Assembly: GCA_003427395.1 (NCBI GenBank)
Contig: BFEA01000002.1
Span: 186,208-245,016, forward strand
Length of the DNA stretch: 58,809 bases
Direction of reading: 5' to 3'
Source of the DNA: Chara braunii
Lineage: Eukaryota; Plantae; Charophyceae
A program made the translations under genes and the position numbers. The first letter of the stretch is position 1, and every line of letters starts with the position of its first letter. Under the pieces are notes generated by a model, which was given only the letters and a program-made list of their open reading frames with translations, ran no database searches and was not told the DNA's origin. This document shows positions 1 through 12,312 of the stretch, one piece after another.

Positions 1-88
1 GTGTGTGTGTGTGTGCGCGCGGGCATGTGTGTGCGTGTGTGTGTGCGTGTGTGTCTGTGTGTGTGTGTGCGCGGGCATGTGTATGCGC

Positions 89-128
<40 letters not shown>

Positions 129-478
129 ACTCGGTAGGAGGGCACGACCCTCCCCCCACCAATAAAAAAAAAAAAAAAAACAATTGAACGTGATTTTTAT
201 TTCCCCCCCCTCTAATTACAGTCAATCAATCCAGTCAATCAACCAATCTTTTTTTTCCCATTTCTTTTTTTCCCGACCCCGCCCTCCAAAAAAAAGTTTT
301 CTTTTTCCCTTTGCCTGGGGGGTAGCCTCCGTGCGCGTGTGTGCGTGCGTGTGTGTGCGTGTGTGTGCGTGTGTGTGCGTGTGTGTGTGCGTGTGTGTGT
401 GTGTGCGCGCGGGCATGTGTGTGCGTGTGTGTGTGCACGTGTGTCTGTGTGTGTGTGTGCGCGGGCATGTGTATGCGC

Positions 479-524
<46 letters not shown>

Positions 525-726
525 ACTCGGTAGGAGGGCACGACCCTCCCCCCACCAATAAAAAAAAAATAAAAAAAATTGAACGTGATTTTTATTTCCC
601 CCCCCTCTAATTACAGTCAATCAATCCAGTCAATCAACCAATCTTTTTTTTCCCCTTTCTTTTTTTCCCGACCCCGCCCTCCAAAAAAAAGTTTTCTTTT
701 TCCCTTTGCCTGGGGGGTAGCCTCCG
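1..726. repeat. Tandem duplication (~395 bp unit, 2 copies, first truncated by window edge) containing (GT)n/(GTGC)n microsatellite
   Basis: Both 1-331 and 332-726 read (GT)n...cactcggtaggagggcacgaccctcccccaccaat(A)n...gcctgggggggtagcctccg, near-identical. Confidence 0.9.
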
Positions 727-921
727 ACATGCGTAACCCCCCCACTGGCTTGAGACGCGTCCCCCCCCCCCCAAGGCCTCCTGTTTGGCTCGTACGGGCC
801 TTTCGTACGGGCCGTACAACCGCCGTAGGGCCCGTTCGTACGGCCATTCGAGCATACGAACGGCCTGTATATTGGTACGGGTGTATACACAGCGTCACTC
901 CGCTCGGGATGGACCGGTCAT

Positions 922-969
922 ACTGGTGAACATATACAGCCAGGGACTGGTGAACATATACAGCCAGGG
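922..969. repeat. Perfect 24-bp tandem duplication
   Basis: actggtgaacatatacagccaggg at 922-945 and 946-969. Confidence 0.9.
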
Positions 970-1796
970 ACCTGCTCAGGGCCTCGCCACAGCGCTGTGT
1001 GAGTATATGCCCTGGTCAGCCACCGCTGAAGCGATTACGAGTGCATCTTCCCCAGAAAGTGACCAGATGCATCCATTACCATTGATTGTAATGGATGCAT
1101 CTTGCCACTCCTTGCAGAAACATGCAGCTGTACTGTATTCGTTTGGACAGTCGTGTGGTGAGCCCCTCAGTTTCAGTCGAAGATTTAATCACACCGCCCA
1201 TCGGCAGCGGAACTGACTGATTGTCAGTCAGTCAGTATCAGTCAGCCAATTTTTTTTATTTTTTTTTTTTGCAGTCAGCCATTTCCAAATCTACAAATCA
1301 TGAAAACGATTAAAATATATCACAGGCATTCGGGCCTGCCACACATCTCACGAAAAGGCAAAATTTGCAAATGCATCTTCACACAAAAGGTGGCAAAAGG
1401 TGGCAAGATACATCCAGTACCAACGAGTGGCAACGGATGTAGTCTCCCACTTTCTGTGAAAAAATGCACTCACCATCTCTCATTTTGCGAGTACTGTGCT
1501 GACGTCCATTCTCTGAGCACATCAATCACACATGCATGCGCTGAGACTAGTATGTCATCTACCGAACACAACACTGTGTAACCCTCAAGACGAATGTTTG
1601 GACGGAGACTACCACCGTGAAGAGGTCGTGAAGGTGATCCCTTCTCTGAGAATTCCAACCAAACATGCATCTTGAGAAACGTCAGGCTTCCTCAGATAAA
1701 AATCATAAAATCATAAAACCAATGATTAAATTCTACTCCAGTTCTTTTCGACAGCAACAACAATTTGTATGGCTTCAAAAAGCAGGTAACTATTGT

Positions 1797-1801
<5 letters not shown>

Positions 1802-1861
<60 letters not shown>
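1802..1861. repeat. (AG)n microsatellite abutting an assembly gap
   Basis: Direct reading. Confidence 0.95.
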
Positions 1862-2676
1862 NNNNNNNNNNNNNNNNNNNNNNNNNNNNNNNNNNNNNNN
1901 NNNNNNNNNNNNNNNNNNNNNNNNNNNNNNNNNNNNNNNNNNNNNNNNNNNNNNNNNNNNNNNNNNNNNNNNNNNNNNNNNNNNNNNNNNNNNNNNNNNN
2001 NNNNNNNNNNNNNNNNNNNNNNNNNNNNNNNNNNNNNNNNNNNNNNNNNNNNNNNNNNNNNNNNNNNNNNNNNNNNNNNNNNNNNNNNNNNNNNNNNNNN
2101 NNNNNNNNNNNNNNNNNNNNNNNNNNNNNNNNNNNNNNNNNNNNNNNNNNNNNNNNNNNNNNNNNNNNNNNNNNNNNNNNNNNNNNNNNNNNNNNNNNNN
2201 NNNNNNNNNNNNNNNNNNNNNNNNNNNNNNNNNNNNNNNNNNNNNNNNNNNNNNNNNNNNNNNNNNNNNNNNNNNNNNNNNNNNNNNNNNNNNNNNNNNN
2301 NNNNNNNNNNNNNNNNNNNNNNNNNNNNNNNNNNNNNNNNNNNNNNNNNNNNNNNNNNNNNNNNNNNNNNNNNNNNNNNNNNNNNNNNNNNNNNNNNNNN
2401 NNNNNNNNNNNNNNNNNNNNNNNNNNNNNNNNNNNNNNNNNNNNNNNNNNNNNNNNNNNNNNNNNNNNNNNNNNNNNNNNNNNNNNNNNNNNNNNNNNNN
2501 NNNNNNNNNNNNNNNNNNNNNNNNNNNNNNNNNNNNNNNNNNNNNNNNNNNNNNNNNNNNNNNNNNNNNNNNNNNNNNNNNNNNNNNNNNNNNNNNNNNN
2601 NNNNNNNNNNNNNNNNNNNNNNNNNNNNNNNNNNNNNNNNNNNNNNNNNNNNNNNNNNNNNNNNNNNNNNNNNNNN
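1862..2676. other. Assembly gap (N run); other gaps at 3866-4170, 14038-14047, 16146-16911, 37270-37752, 44775-45139
   Basis: Runs of n, most bordered by homopolymers or microsatellites. Confidence 1.
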
Positions 2677-3239
2677 AAAAAAAAAAAAAAAAAAAAAAAA
2701 AAACCACCAACTTCAGAATTATTTGAAATCGAACAGAATGTCAATCAACAAGGTATAATGTAATCGTCTCAACTCAGCTCGAGGAATTGATCACAAGTTG
2801 TTTTCCTCTCTACTTCAGACTACTTGGGATCACTACATGCTACCACCAGCGGCGGAAAGCAATAGAGGTCGTGGCCATCAGCCGACCTCATCTTAGGGAG
2901 AGAGGGGGGGGTGTGCTGGTCTGACCTTAAATTCCCTCTTTCAGAGCATCCCTCTCTCGAAAATGAGACCCCAGGGTGAGCTGAGGAAAGGAATTCCAAA
3001 CCTTAACAAGTAAAATGCGGCCATGACATAAAAGTCAAAGACTAAAGAAGTACAAGAGCAGTATTTTACCTCGTCCAAGCAGAGCGGGTGGCAACGTCCC
3101 CTGCAACAGAAACAAGGAACAAAATTGAAAACTCCTTGCACAACTCTGGCAGTGCGGCCCTGGTGTTTCACGCTTTCCCTCAACCAAAGGAAGGACGAAA
3201 AAGAAGGTACGAAAAAGAGGAGGGCAAAAACGAAAAAAT

Positions 3240-3348
3240 GAAGACGACCATAAGGATGAAAAGAGGAGGACGAAAACGAAAAAGAAGACGACCATAAGGA
3301 TGAAAAGAGGAGGACAAAAACGAAAAAGAAGACGACCATAAGGATGAA
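3240..3348. repeat. ~44-bp purine-rich minisatellite (about 2.5 copies) followed by GGA-rich tract
   Basis: gaagacgaccataaggatgaa recurs at about 3240, 3285 and 3328. Confidence 0.85.
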
Positions 3349-3816
3349 CACGAGAATAAGGATGAAGACGACAAGAAAGAGGCAGAGGCGAAGGAGAAGG
3401 ATGGCGGTTCAACTAGTAGGCCAATGGAAGAGGAGGAGGAGCAGCAGGAGGAGAGAGGAGGAGGAGGAGAAGGAGGAGGAGAAGGAGGAGGAAGTCGAGT
3501 TTATTCTGAAGCTGAATTCAGTGGAGACGTACGGAAGAGGAGGTAGAGGAGCGCGATGGATGAAAAGGAGAGTCAAGGCCGCACATTCTGCCAGTGTGTC
3601 ACTGAAGTCAATACATACTAGTAATAAAGGAGGAGGAGGACGAGGAGGAGCATGATGGGTGAAAAGGAGAGGAGGAATTAACCCAGGACGGTGACGGGCA
3701 GACGATAGAGATACCGTAGATAAATCGCCACTCAGCTTGCTTCACGAACCACAGGTACTTTTCCCAACCTGCATCCACTCAGTCTAAAGGTCAACGGAGG
3801 GGCGTAGGCAACCAAC

Positions 3817-3848
<32 letters not shown>

Positions 3849-4174
3849 TTCCCTGGAGCGATGGANNNNNNNNNNNNNNNNNNNNNNNNNNNNNNNNNNN
3901 NNNNNNNNNNNNNNNNNNNNNNNNNNNNNNNNNNNNNNNNNNNNNNNNNNNNNNNNNNNNNNNNNNNNNNNNNNNNNNNNNNNNNNNNNNNNNNNNNNNN
4001 NNNNNNNNNNNNNNNNNNNNNNNNNNNNNNNNNNNNNNNNNNNNNNNNNNNNNNNNNNNNNNNNNNNNNNNNNNNNNNNNNNNNNNNNNNNNNNNNNNNN
4101 NNNNNNNNNNNNNNNNNNNNNNNNNNNNNNNNNNNNNNNNNNNNNNNNNNNNNNNNNNNNNNNNNNNNNNAAAA

Positions 4175-4216
<42 letters not shown>

Positions 4217-4739
4217 GTTTGTCACAGCCCCTCGTTTGTTGTCCTCTTCTCTCTCTCTGCCTACGGTTTACCGGGCAGTTCTGTTTGTGACGATATATAT
4301 ATATATATGAGTATCAATAGCAACGAAAAGGAAAAGGAAGAAAGACGGAGGAGGCAAAGGAAGGAAAGGATAAAGGAAAAAGGAAAAAGGCTGATAAGAA
4401 CGAAGGCAGAGGAGGAAGAATTTGCTCCGCCACCCCAGTGACGCCACCCAGCTTGCTTCACCAACCAGCGAATCGGATCGCCTTCATCTGTTATGCTTGA
4501 TCCCTTTTTTCTTACCAGCGTCCACAGTCTAAATCCCCACAGATGAACTCGGAAGGTAAGAACGCAAAGGCAACCCACACAATCCCATTTAGGAGAAAGA
4601 GGGAAGCAAAAAAAGACTTCCAGAGCGAGGAAGAAAAAGGGAGAATAACCCCCCCCCCGCCCACCAAAAAAAAAAAAAAAAGGGGAGTAAAAGAAGTAGA
4701 GAAATCAGGAGCTCGAAAGGAGGAAGTTTTATAGACTTA

Positions 4740-4861
4740 CAGCCTCGCTCGAAAACTCTCGACATGCTTTAAAGACAAAAAAATGCCAATGTATCTTTCC
4801 ATGTTCTAGCGGAGGATTCAGTCGCATTTTTCACATTCCCGGGAGAAGTGGAGCGAGCCCC
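4740..4861. mobile_element. Tourist/PIF-Harbinger-like MITE (~122 bp)
   Basis: Decayed TIRs (cagcctcgctcg.../...ggagcgagcccc), TTA on both flanks (4737-4739, 4862-4864), and a homologous copy at 12840-12964 sharing tgtatct..ccatgttctagcgga.gattc. Confidence 0.6.
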
Positions 4862-4943
4862 TTACTTACAGGCCATTCGCCAGAGACGAGGCATTGTCAA
4901 GCTAACTGAATTATATACAACAGCAGGCAGGAGGCAGTAAGCA

Positions 4944-5010
4944 GGTGAGGAGGTGAGGAGGTGAGGAGGTGAGGAGGTGAGGAGGTGAAGGGTAGGAGGT
5001 GAGGAGGTGG
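4944..5010. repeat. (AGGTGAGG)n octamer repeat
   Basis: Direct reading. Confidence 0.9.
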
Positions 5011-6133
5011 TCTAGTGCGTAGTAGTTAGACCGTGTTCACTTAAGGTGGACTTAGTTCCAAACGCGATCAGAAATCCCCGTGTTCAGTCAGCACCCAAGG
5101 TTGCCCCTGAAATTCGGAATTGGGGTTAAATACCCTCCAAGTCGGACAAAAGGTTTGGAAGGAAGAGGGCGGGGGGGAGGGAGGAAGGGAGGCGGGGTGG
5201 GGGGGGGAAGGGAAGGGAGGGAAAGGAATAGGTGGGTCACCAATGTTTTCCCGCAGTTATTAAACCCGACGCGGCGAAACGGAACGAAGCGGACTGGGTC
5301 CCAAACGGAAGTCAACGAAACGGAGACAAATTGACCGACCATAAAACCTCTTCTCTGAGAGCTGGAGTGTTCCATTGTCAAACGGCGCTCCAACTGCTAC
5401 GCGACAATAAACATCCTCCTTCTCTGAAGAGCCAGATTCTCTGCTGCCAGCCAGCCACCTCCTCGGCAGTCCCCCCCCCCCCCCTTATTTTTCAGGTTTC
5501 TTTTCTTCTCTATCGTCGGATTCCCCTCCCTTCCCCACCTCTCAGGCGTGTCCTTATTCGCCCATTATCCCAAAATAGCATATTACTGTATTAACAATCT
5601 TCACCAACGCCTCCTCCTCCTCCTCCTCCTCCTCTCATCCTTATAAACCTTGCTTCTTTTTCACTTCCGTCATGTCACATTATTATTATTAATTGATCCG
5701 CATCCCTTCTTCTTGGAACCCACCTTGCCAGGTTCAATGAATCTCTTATAATCGTAGCAATTGCAGACCCAGACAAAACCTCGCCGACCCAAACAAACCC
5801 CCCCATCAAACCCCCATCATGTACCCCCCCCTCTATTTCAAATATACGACTCAGTGTAGAGGCAGAGTGTTATACGACTCAGCGTACTCAACGGCGACTC
5901 AGCGTACTCAACGGCTTCTTCTGAACGCACGATGTGACCCTATGGTGGTATTCAGAAGAACCCCCTCCCTCCCTTCCCTTGAAGGGCGAGCAAGTCGGAA
6001 AAAAAAAAAAAGCCGATTAATTTTGTTGGAGTCGAGGAAAAATCAATCATGCCCATCAGCGGCAGGTTTTCCACCCCCTCGAGACGGAGATCCAACCCCT
6101 CAAGACGGAGACGCGCCGACTGGAAGTACTCCA

Positions 6134-8311
6134 TCACACCCTCTGCTTCTCCGAGATGCTGTCATCAGCCCGTTCATATGAGAAGCTGACGTGGCTGTTT
6201 TTCGTCAGAAGGAATGCCAACGTGTCCCCATGGGCACGGCGATCTAAGCAGCTGCTGCTGACAGCTGGCGGAAGTTCGAGTGATGGGTCGGAGGTTGCCA
6301 CTGATTGCGGACAGGAGGGGGAGGAGGGGGAGGAGGGTCGATGAGAGGTACAGTAACCGTGGCCAGCCCGGATGGAGACGTCATCAGTTGTGCCGGGATG
6401 CGGCGAGACGGGGGCGCCACACTGCCAACACCAAGCACCATCATCAGGGGACAACTTTGCATCGCTGCAAGGCTTTCCGCCCACTGACACGTCGACATCC
6501 TCCTCCTCCTCGTCCTCCTCCTCCCCCTCGCGCTCTCCCCCCCATAACCTCCTCCGCTCACTCTCCGCGATCACCTCGCGCCGTCTCGAAGACTGCGCTT
6601 CCCCGTCGCCCCTTGCCGACAAGTCCGCCTCCTCATCCTGTTGGAACACCCCGCTCGGCTCAGGGCTCGACACGTCATCGTCTGCTCCTCCTGCATCTGG
6701 TCGCAATTGCATCTCCGCCGCCATCTCCGCCGCTACGCCGCTCTCTTCCTTCACGGCGCGAGATGGTGCGCCAGCGCAGCATCCATCAGGTAGTGTACCG
6801 ACGTCCCCGTTCTCTCGATCATCCTTGACAGCCATCGCCTTCACCCTGTCTTCTTCCTCCTCCCTTCTCCTACCACTCCTCGGGGCCGTTTCTTCTTCCT
6901 TCTTCCCCTCCGCACGCTCCCCCTCCCCCTCCCCCTCCTCCTCCTCCTTACCCGCTCTCCGGCTGATATGCCGCAGATACGATCGGTACGCGGAGCCGCC
7001 GTGCAGGGAGGAATCGTGATCTTCGATGAAATTCGGCGATCCGACGCCGGGGGAGCAGGGGGAATTCAGCGCACCATGCGCGTCGCCGTCGAGCGACCTG
7101 CTGGAGGACAAGCTCCGCCGCAATCGCGCGAAGAGTCCGGATCCCGACGCAGACTTCTTAAGGTGAGGGCTCGCGAGCACGTCCGGCGAGTGGGAGGGGA
7201 CGATGTCGACGACAAGCACGGTGATGTCATCGTGCAGTCCTTTGGATTTGAGCACGGACTTAACGAGTTTGCGCGCGCAGTCGGCGTTATCCTTGTGGCG
7301 AACGCGGCGCGCAACTTTCTCCGAGCTCATGGCATCCCAGAGCCCATCCGATCCCATGACCAGTCGTCCGCCGCAGGGCGGAACCTCCACCTGCACGACA
7401 TGTGGCAGGGGGATGATGGAAGGGCCGACGTCGAGATCTCCAACAGATCGGGACACGCAGAGACCGCCAGGCCAGAAGCGCTTCGGTCCCACCTGGATCC
7501 CGTCCGACGTCCGCAGGCGTCCCAATGTGCCCCCTTCCATTTGCACGCGCCTGCATTCCTCCTCGGAGGTTTCAAACCTGTGATCTTTGGTCAGCGCCAC
7601 CACACCCCCCGGTGCCGTGTCCAGAATCGCCCTCGAATCTCCCACCCCTGCTACCGTGACAGTCCAGTCGTTGATCAGCACCACCGTCGCCGTTGTACCC
7701 GACCTCTCGCCATCAGTAAGCGACGCGTTCGTTCGCACAAACGCGTGCGCTAATGCCTCTGGCAGCGCTTTCATCAACTCCTCCCTGTCCTCGATCCCCT
7801 TGACTCTCTCCTTCACATACTCCATAAGATTGTTCCGTGCGTGAAAGGCTGCCCCGATGCCATTATGTCCATCGAAGACCGCAAAGAGAGAGAAGGAATG
7901 GTGTTCGTTCAATTTGTACTCCGGCGCGGCAATGTAAAGGTCCTCCCCTTTCATCATCTCGGAGTCAACCGAGTGCCTGATGCATGGCGTAGACGATGCG
8001 GGAGAATAAGGCGGGGAAGATCCGCCATTGGAAGACGGAGAGGCAGCAGGATGATGAAGTTCAGGCATGGAGGGAGAGGTGGAGAGAGATGCATGACTCC
8101 TGATGACGTCATCGCCCTCCGGTTTCCTCGTCCAGAAGATGTTGCCATGCGTTATGATCGACTTCACTGACAAGAAGCGTTTCCTTGCCGCCGTGGGACC
8201 ACCACCACTACCACTACCACCAACCATGCTAATACTATCGAGACTCATCGAGTGATTATTGAGGCCCTTCAACGAACTATACGCATTGCGATAATCAATG
8301 GCGATGGCCAT
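6134..8311 (-). CDS. Protein phosphatase 2C (PPM family), similar to plant clade H PP2Cs; 725 aa from first ATG, no introns needed
   Basis: Catalytic motifs intact in one frame: KGED, FAVFDGHNG, SGTTATVV, VAGVGDSRAILD, LTKDHR, GPKRFWPGGLCVSRSVGD, GSDGLWD, GLHDDITVLVVD. The ORF-track start at 8545 is GTG; the first ATG (MAIAIDY) is at 8311. An upstream exon cannot be excluded. Confidence 0.92.
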   Translation of the reverse strand: MAIAIDYRNAYSSLKGLNNHSMSLDSISMVGGSGSGGGPTAARKRFLSVKSIITHGNIFWTRKPEGDDVIRSHASLSTSPSMPELHHPAASPSSNGGSSPPYSPASSTPCIRHSVDSEMMKGEDLYIAAPEYKLNEHHSFSLFAVFDGHNGIGAAFHARNNLMEYVKERVKGIEDREELMKALPEALAHAFVRTNASLTDGERSGTTATVVLINDWTVTVAGVGDSRAILDTAPGGVVALTKDHRFETSEEECRRVQMEGGTLGRLRTSDGIQVGPKRFWPGGLCVSRSVGDLDVGPSIIPLPHVVQVEVPPCGGRLVMGSDGLWDAMSSEKVARRVRHKDNADCARKLVKSVLKSKGLHDDITVLVVDIVPSHSPDVLASPHLKKSASGSGLFARLRRSLSSSRSLDGDAHGALNSPCSPGVGSPNFIEDHDSSLHGGSAYRSYLRHISRRAGKEEEEGEGEGERAEGKKEEETAPRSGRRREEEEDRVKAMAVKDDRENGDVGTLPDGCCAGAPSRAVKEESGVAAEMAAEMQLRPDAGGADDDVSSPEPSGVFQQDEEADLSARGDGEAQSSRRREVIAESERRRLWGGEREGEEEDEEEEDVDVSVGGKPCSDAKLSPDDGAWCWQCGAPVSPHPGTTDDVSIRAGHGYCTSHRPSSPSSPSCPQSVATSDPSLELPPAVSSSCLDRRAHGDTLAFLLTKNSHVSFSYERADDSISEKQRV

Positions 8312-8820
8312 ATTTTTTGTTGACGTCCTTGAGCTTGCCGTCGGGGCGGGCCAATCGCACAGAAATCGCAACAAGAGCGTTGTGTTGTCCTCTGCGCAAT
8401 TGTCTCCAACAATGGACCTCCTCCTCCTCCTCCTTAGCCCGTTGACCACTTCCTCCACTTCCTCCTCTTGCTCCTCTTGCTCCTCTTGCTCCTCTTGCTC
8501 CTCCTGCTCCTCCTGCTCCTCCTGCCCCCTTCTCCTTGTATGCACACAGCTCCCACCTTTCCCTAGTAGCGCCGAAGCTCTCGCGAGTTAACTGCACACC
8601 TACTACCCTCCCTCCTCCACCCTTGACTTCTTACTTATCGCACACAGACAGACAGAACCCTGTTTTCTGCTTCTCCCTCGTTGTGTATTTCCCCCCCTCC
8701 TCGTTTTTGTCGTTATGTACAATCCCCCCCGCCCCTATTTCCCGCTCCACTTCAAACAGACAACGCATAGAGCATGATCCCCCCAGGCACACCCCTTTCC
8801 CCCCCCCCTTCAACACACAC

Positions 8821-8825
<5 letters not shown>

Positions 8826-8906
<81 letters not shown>

Positions 8907-8909
8907 TGT
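8826..8909. repeat. (CT)n(GT)n compound microsatellite upstream of PP2C; further (CT)n at ~9432-9483 and ~10374-10430, (CCAATC)n at ~9500-9555, (ATATT)n at ~10145-10196
   Basis: Direct reading. These lie in the putative 5' UTR/promoter region of the minus-strand PP2C. Confidence 0.9.
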
Positions 8910-9427
8910 CACGAATAGACACTCGCCAACCGTTCTCTATGGAATTGCGAGTGTTCGCTCATCTGGAAGAAGATACAATACAAACTAGAAACGCAAACCG
9001 ATATTAGTTAAAGTCTCAAAATGGATTATGACATATGTCGTATGTCGGGCCTTTATTTTTCCCAAGTACTGCTCAAAGGAACGCAATTACTGCACAAAAT
9101 GCTTCACAGTGCGGACGAGTTGTCTTGCAGTTCAACGAACGTGTACATTAATACTAACCTGCATTCCCTGAACGAAAGGAAAACAGGGCCGTGAACTGAA
9201 CAAAACTACGACATAAAAAAATTGGTTATAAATCGTTTAAGGCAGGCAGAATCCAATCCAAAAAAACAAAAGGCGAAAAAATCAACCGTTTCATTCCCCC
9301 GTTTCGCCCATCAGGAGAATACACAAACCATCCGCAACGGAAAAAAAAAAATTAACAGCCAAACGAAACCAATACGAAACGGCACGTCGTTCCAGTATCA
9401 AAACGCGACTCAGACAAATGGCGCAAA

Positions 9428-9485
<58 letters not shown>

Positions 9486-10369
9486 GATTGGAAGCCTCTC
9501 CAATCCCAATCCCAATCCCAATCAAATCCAATCCCAATCCCAATCCAATCCAATCAGCACCTGCTTTCTGCGCCTTAAAGCGAGGTGTGCGCTCGATCGA
9601 TTGATCACTCCACGTCACTCCTTTCTCCCCCCCTTATCTCCCCCGTACTTGCATTACAAGGCCCCGCCCCCGTTCCTTTACACCTCCCCCCCCCCCCCTC
9701 TCTATCTCTCCCCCGTAGCCGTACTAAAAGTCCCCGCCAAGACACTTCGAGGGAGGGGTCAAATTTTCAACCGTTCTCTTTCAACCTGCTCGTCGTGTCG
9801 CACGACGAACAAAGCCACCAACAGTTTCCTTCCTCTCTCTCCCCCTCACGCGAAGTACACAGCCAGCAACCGCTTTCTTCCACGCTCGTCGTGGTGCGGG
9901 AAGAACGCAGGCACAGACACCTGCCGCCGCTGGACATGAAATGGATTGCCAGCAGCGAAGCGCGTGACCGTGTGGAGGGATCTGCGAGGTGGCCTCCACC
10001 GCTCGATCAACGGGCCCTCTCCCCCTTCCTTCCACCTCCCACCTCCCACCGAATCCGTAGTTACTGCGTTTCGACACACCGATTGCGTTGTCTGCGAATG
10101 AAGCTGCTCTAGCTTCGACCGTTGGCAAACTAACTATAATATAATATATATTATATTATATTATATTATATTATATTATATTATATTATATTATATCAAT
10201 TTATATGTCATATATACAAGATACAAGATAATAAACATCCTCCTTCAATTCAATCTGGTCGGTCAATTTACACACACTCCACTGTCTTTCCCGATGCCCC
10301 CAGCGGTGAACTTGATGATGATGATGATGATGTTACACCTATCTCTGGTTCTTCTTCGCTACCCTCCTC

Positions 10370-10432
<63 letters not shown>

Positions 10433-11851
10433 TGCCCTCCTTCCCCTTCTCCCCTTTTCCTACTCTCTCTTCTCCTCTGCACCAGGTTCTCTCCGTCCCT
10501 CCCTTCCGCAGAGCTATCTGTCAGCAGTCGCCAGAAATATAGACAGTGTTCTCAGTCGCACCTAAGGTCGGTCACGCTCCGTTTGTGGGTTTGTGGCCTA
10601 AGACGAGATACCACCCCTCCCAAGGAGAGCCTGTTGACTCCGGGCGTGCTGATACCCGGACTACACAAAATGTACCTCACAGAAGAGGGGTATGCTCTGT
10701 CAGCGAGGTCGTAATTCACGTACTACGCCTTGACAAAGGGCACGGTTGGCAGAGAAAGAACGGAGGGAGGAGTGCTTCAGACTCCACCGCCGGCATACGA
10801 TTACAGTCTACAACAATCGGCGAAGGCGAGCAACTCGTCCAGCATGAATCGAGACTGATCACCTCACGTATCCCTCCTCCTCCTCCTCCTCCTTCCTCCT
10901 CCTTCCCCCCTTCTTCTCGCTTCTTCTTTCTTCTTTCTGTTTCTTCTTCTTCCTTCTTCTGCTGCTGGTTCCCCCCCTCTCTTCTTTTCGCTAACGACTC
11001 CGATCTGCGCCACCCTCACCGATCGATCAGCAGCCAGCTCATCCTGCCCCACGTGATCAGCAGCCACCTCCTGAGGCTACTACGGGTATTAGGCAAGTAC
11101 GGCCAAGAGAAGCTGCGCACGCGCAGCGCGGTCGCATCGGGCGGGCGAGCAGGCGCAGAAGTAACATAGAACCCAACAAACACCACCGCGAGTAGGCGCA
11201 CATGTTCCAAGCAAAGGCCTGTCAGTGATAGACGTATCGCCAAGCAAAGGCCTGATAAACGTATTGATCGCAGAATCGACGTGCAACAAACATAATGGAA
11301 TCCAATCACACTGATGACCAACGACCGAACAAACGAGATTCAGCAGAGGAACATGTTCCGCCCGCCGCACTTGCGCTCGCTCAAAGGTGGTCTGTCCGCA
11401 ACTCCCTCCCTCCCNCCCCCCCCCCGCGTCTTCCCTCCTCTCTCTACGCCTGTGTGCGCTCTGCGTGCGCGTATTCTTCGCGTTCGGGCGCTCTCTGATT
11501 GCCTGAGTGGTGTCTGCTGCCAGGCAGCCCTCCTCATCTATTAGCGGCTGCCGAGCTCTCGCCACCTTGTGCTTCGATCTGGCGATCTATCTACATACCC
11601 CCGCTCTCTCTTCCTCTCCTCTCCTCTCCTCTCTGGGTGTTGTTTGTATCTGTCTGTATCCATCCTTGCTATGTATCGCGTCGCTGGTAGCTGCCCAACT
11701 CCACTCCTCTGGACTCGATCGAATTGCCTATGATGGCAGCCGGATTCCTTTTTTCTTTTTTGGAGTGAAAGAACCAAGCCGCCAGTGCCACCAAGTTTAT
11801 TTCTTTTGTCTTTGTTCATAAAACTTCATTCATATAAGTGTATGTTCCAAT

Positions 11852-11962
11852 GATTCCCCGTTCGGATTCGAACTCATGCTCTCTTTGAACACTCCTATGC
11901 CGGTACCATGTCCCGACCACATGTGTTGTGTTCATGTGGGTACCATTCAGCCACATGGGGGG
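11852..11962 (-). mobile_element. Possible tRNA-derived SINE head (decayed)
   Basis: Minus strand has A-box-like TGGCTGAATGG and B-box GAGTTCGAATCC, but the spacing is longer than in a tRNA and no TSD was found. Confidence 0.35.
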
Positions 11963-12232
11963 GAGGTTAGGTAGCCGCCTACCCCCCCCCTCTCTTCACC
12001 ACCAACCCTCCCCCCCCCCCCGATCTGTAAACGTTGTTTTTTTTTTTGTTTTTGTTTGATCGAGTGGCGCAATGAACGAACGGCCCGTGACAAAGAGGAG
12101 AGCCTTCTTTTCATTTCATGTCCTTTGTATTCAAACAAGAGAGCGGGGCGAGTTTTGATGGGCGAACGCGCGAATAGCAGGAAAAGGCAGTCGCGGGCCC
12201 ACTCATCCGGCCCGCGACTACCGTCTTCCGCC

Positions 12233-12312
12233 GAACATAACGCACCCTAAAAATGAATGTGTGCAAGCTGTATTCCGGCCAGATACAGACAAAATAAGGG
12301 TGCGTTATGTTC
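12233..12312. mobile_element. Small hairpin/MITE with TIR GAACAYAACGCACCCT; second copy at ~13474-13571
   Basis: gaacataacgcaccct...agggtgcgttatgttc, and cgacccccgaacacaacgcaccctgat...atcagggtgcgctgtgttccggggtcg. Confidence 0.6.

Noticed and set aside
5-620. Cys/Val- or His/Thr-rich ORFs
   Set aside because: Translations of (GT)n microsatellite with no coding signal.
790-870. Palindrome-rich cgtacgggcc repeats that look superficially CRISPR-like
   Set aside because: No constant repeat with unique spacers, eukaryotic context and no cas genes; more likely transposon subterminal repeats.
1470-1670. CSVDDILVSA resembling an RT YxDD motif
   Set aside because: Isolated motif with no other RT blocks nearby.
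1665-2763. Long ORFs spanning N runs (also at 3791-4310, 15639-17100, 37170-37907, 44444-45319)
   Set aside because: Artefacts of translating through assembly gaps.
6280-7753. Long plus-strand ORFs overlapping PP2C
   Set aside because: Antisense shadows of a GC-rich coding sequence with no motifs.
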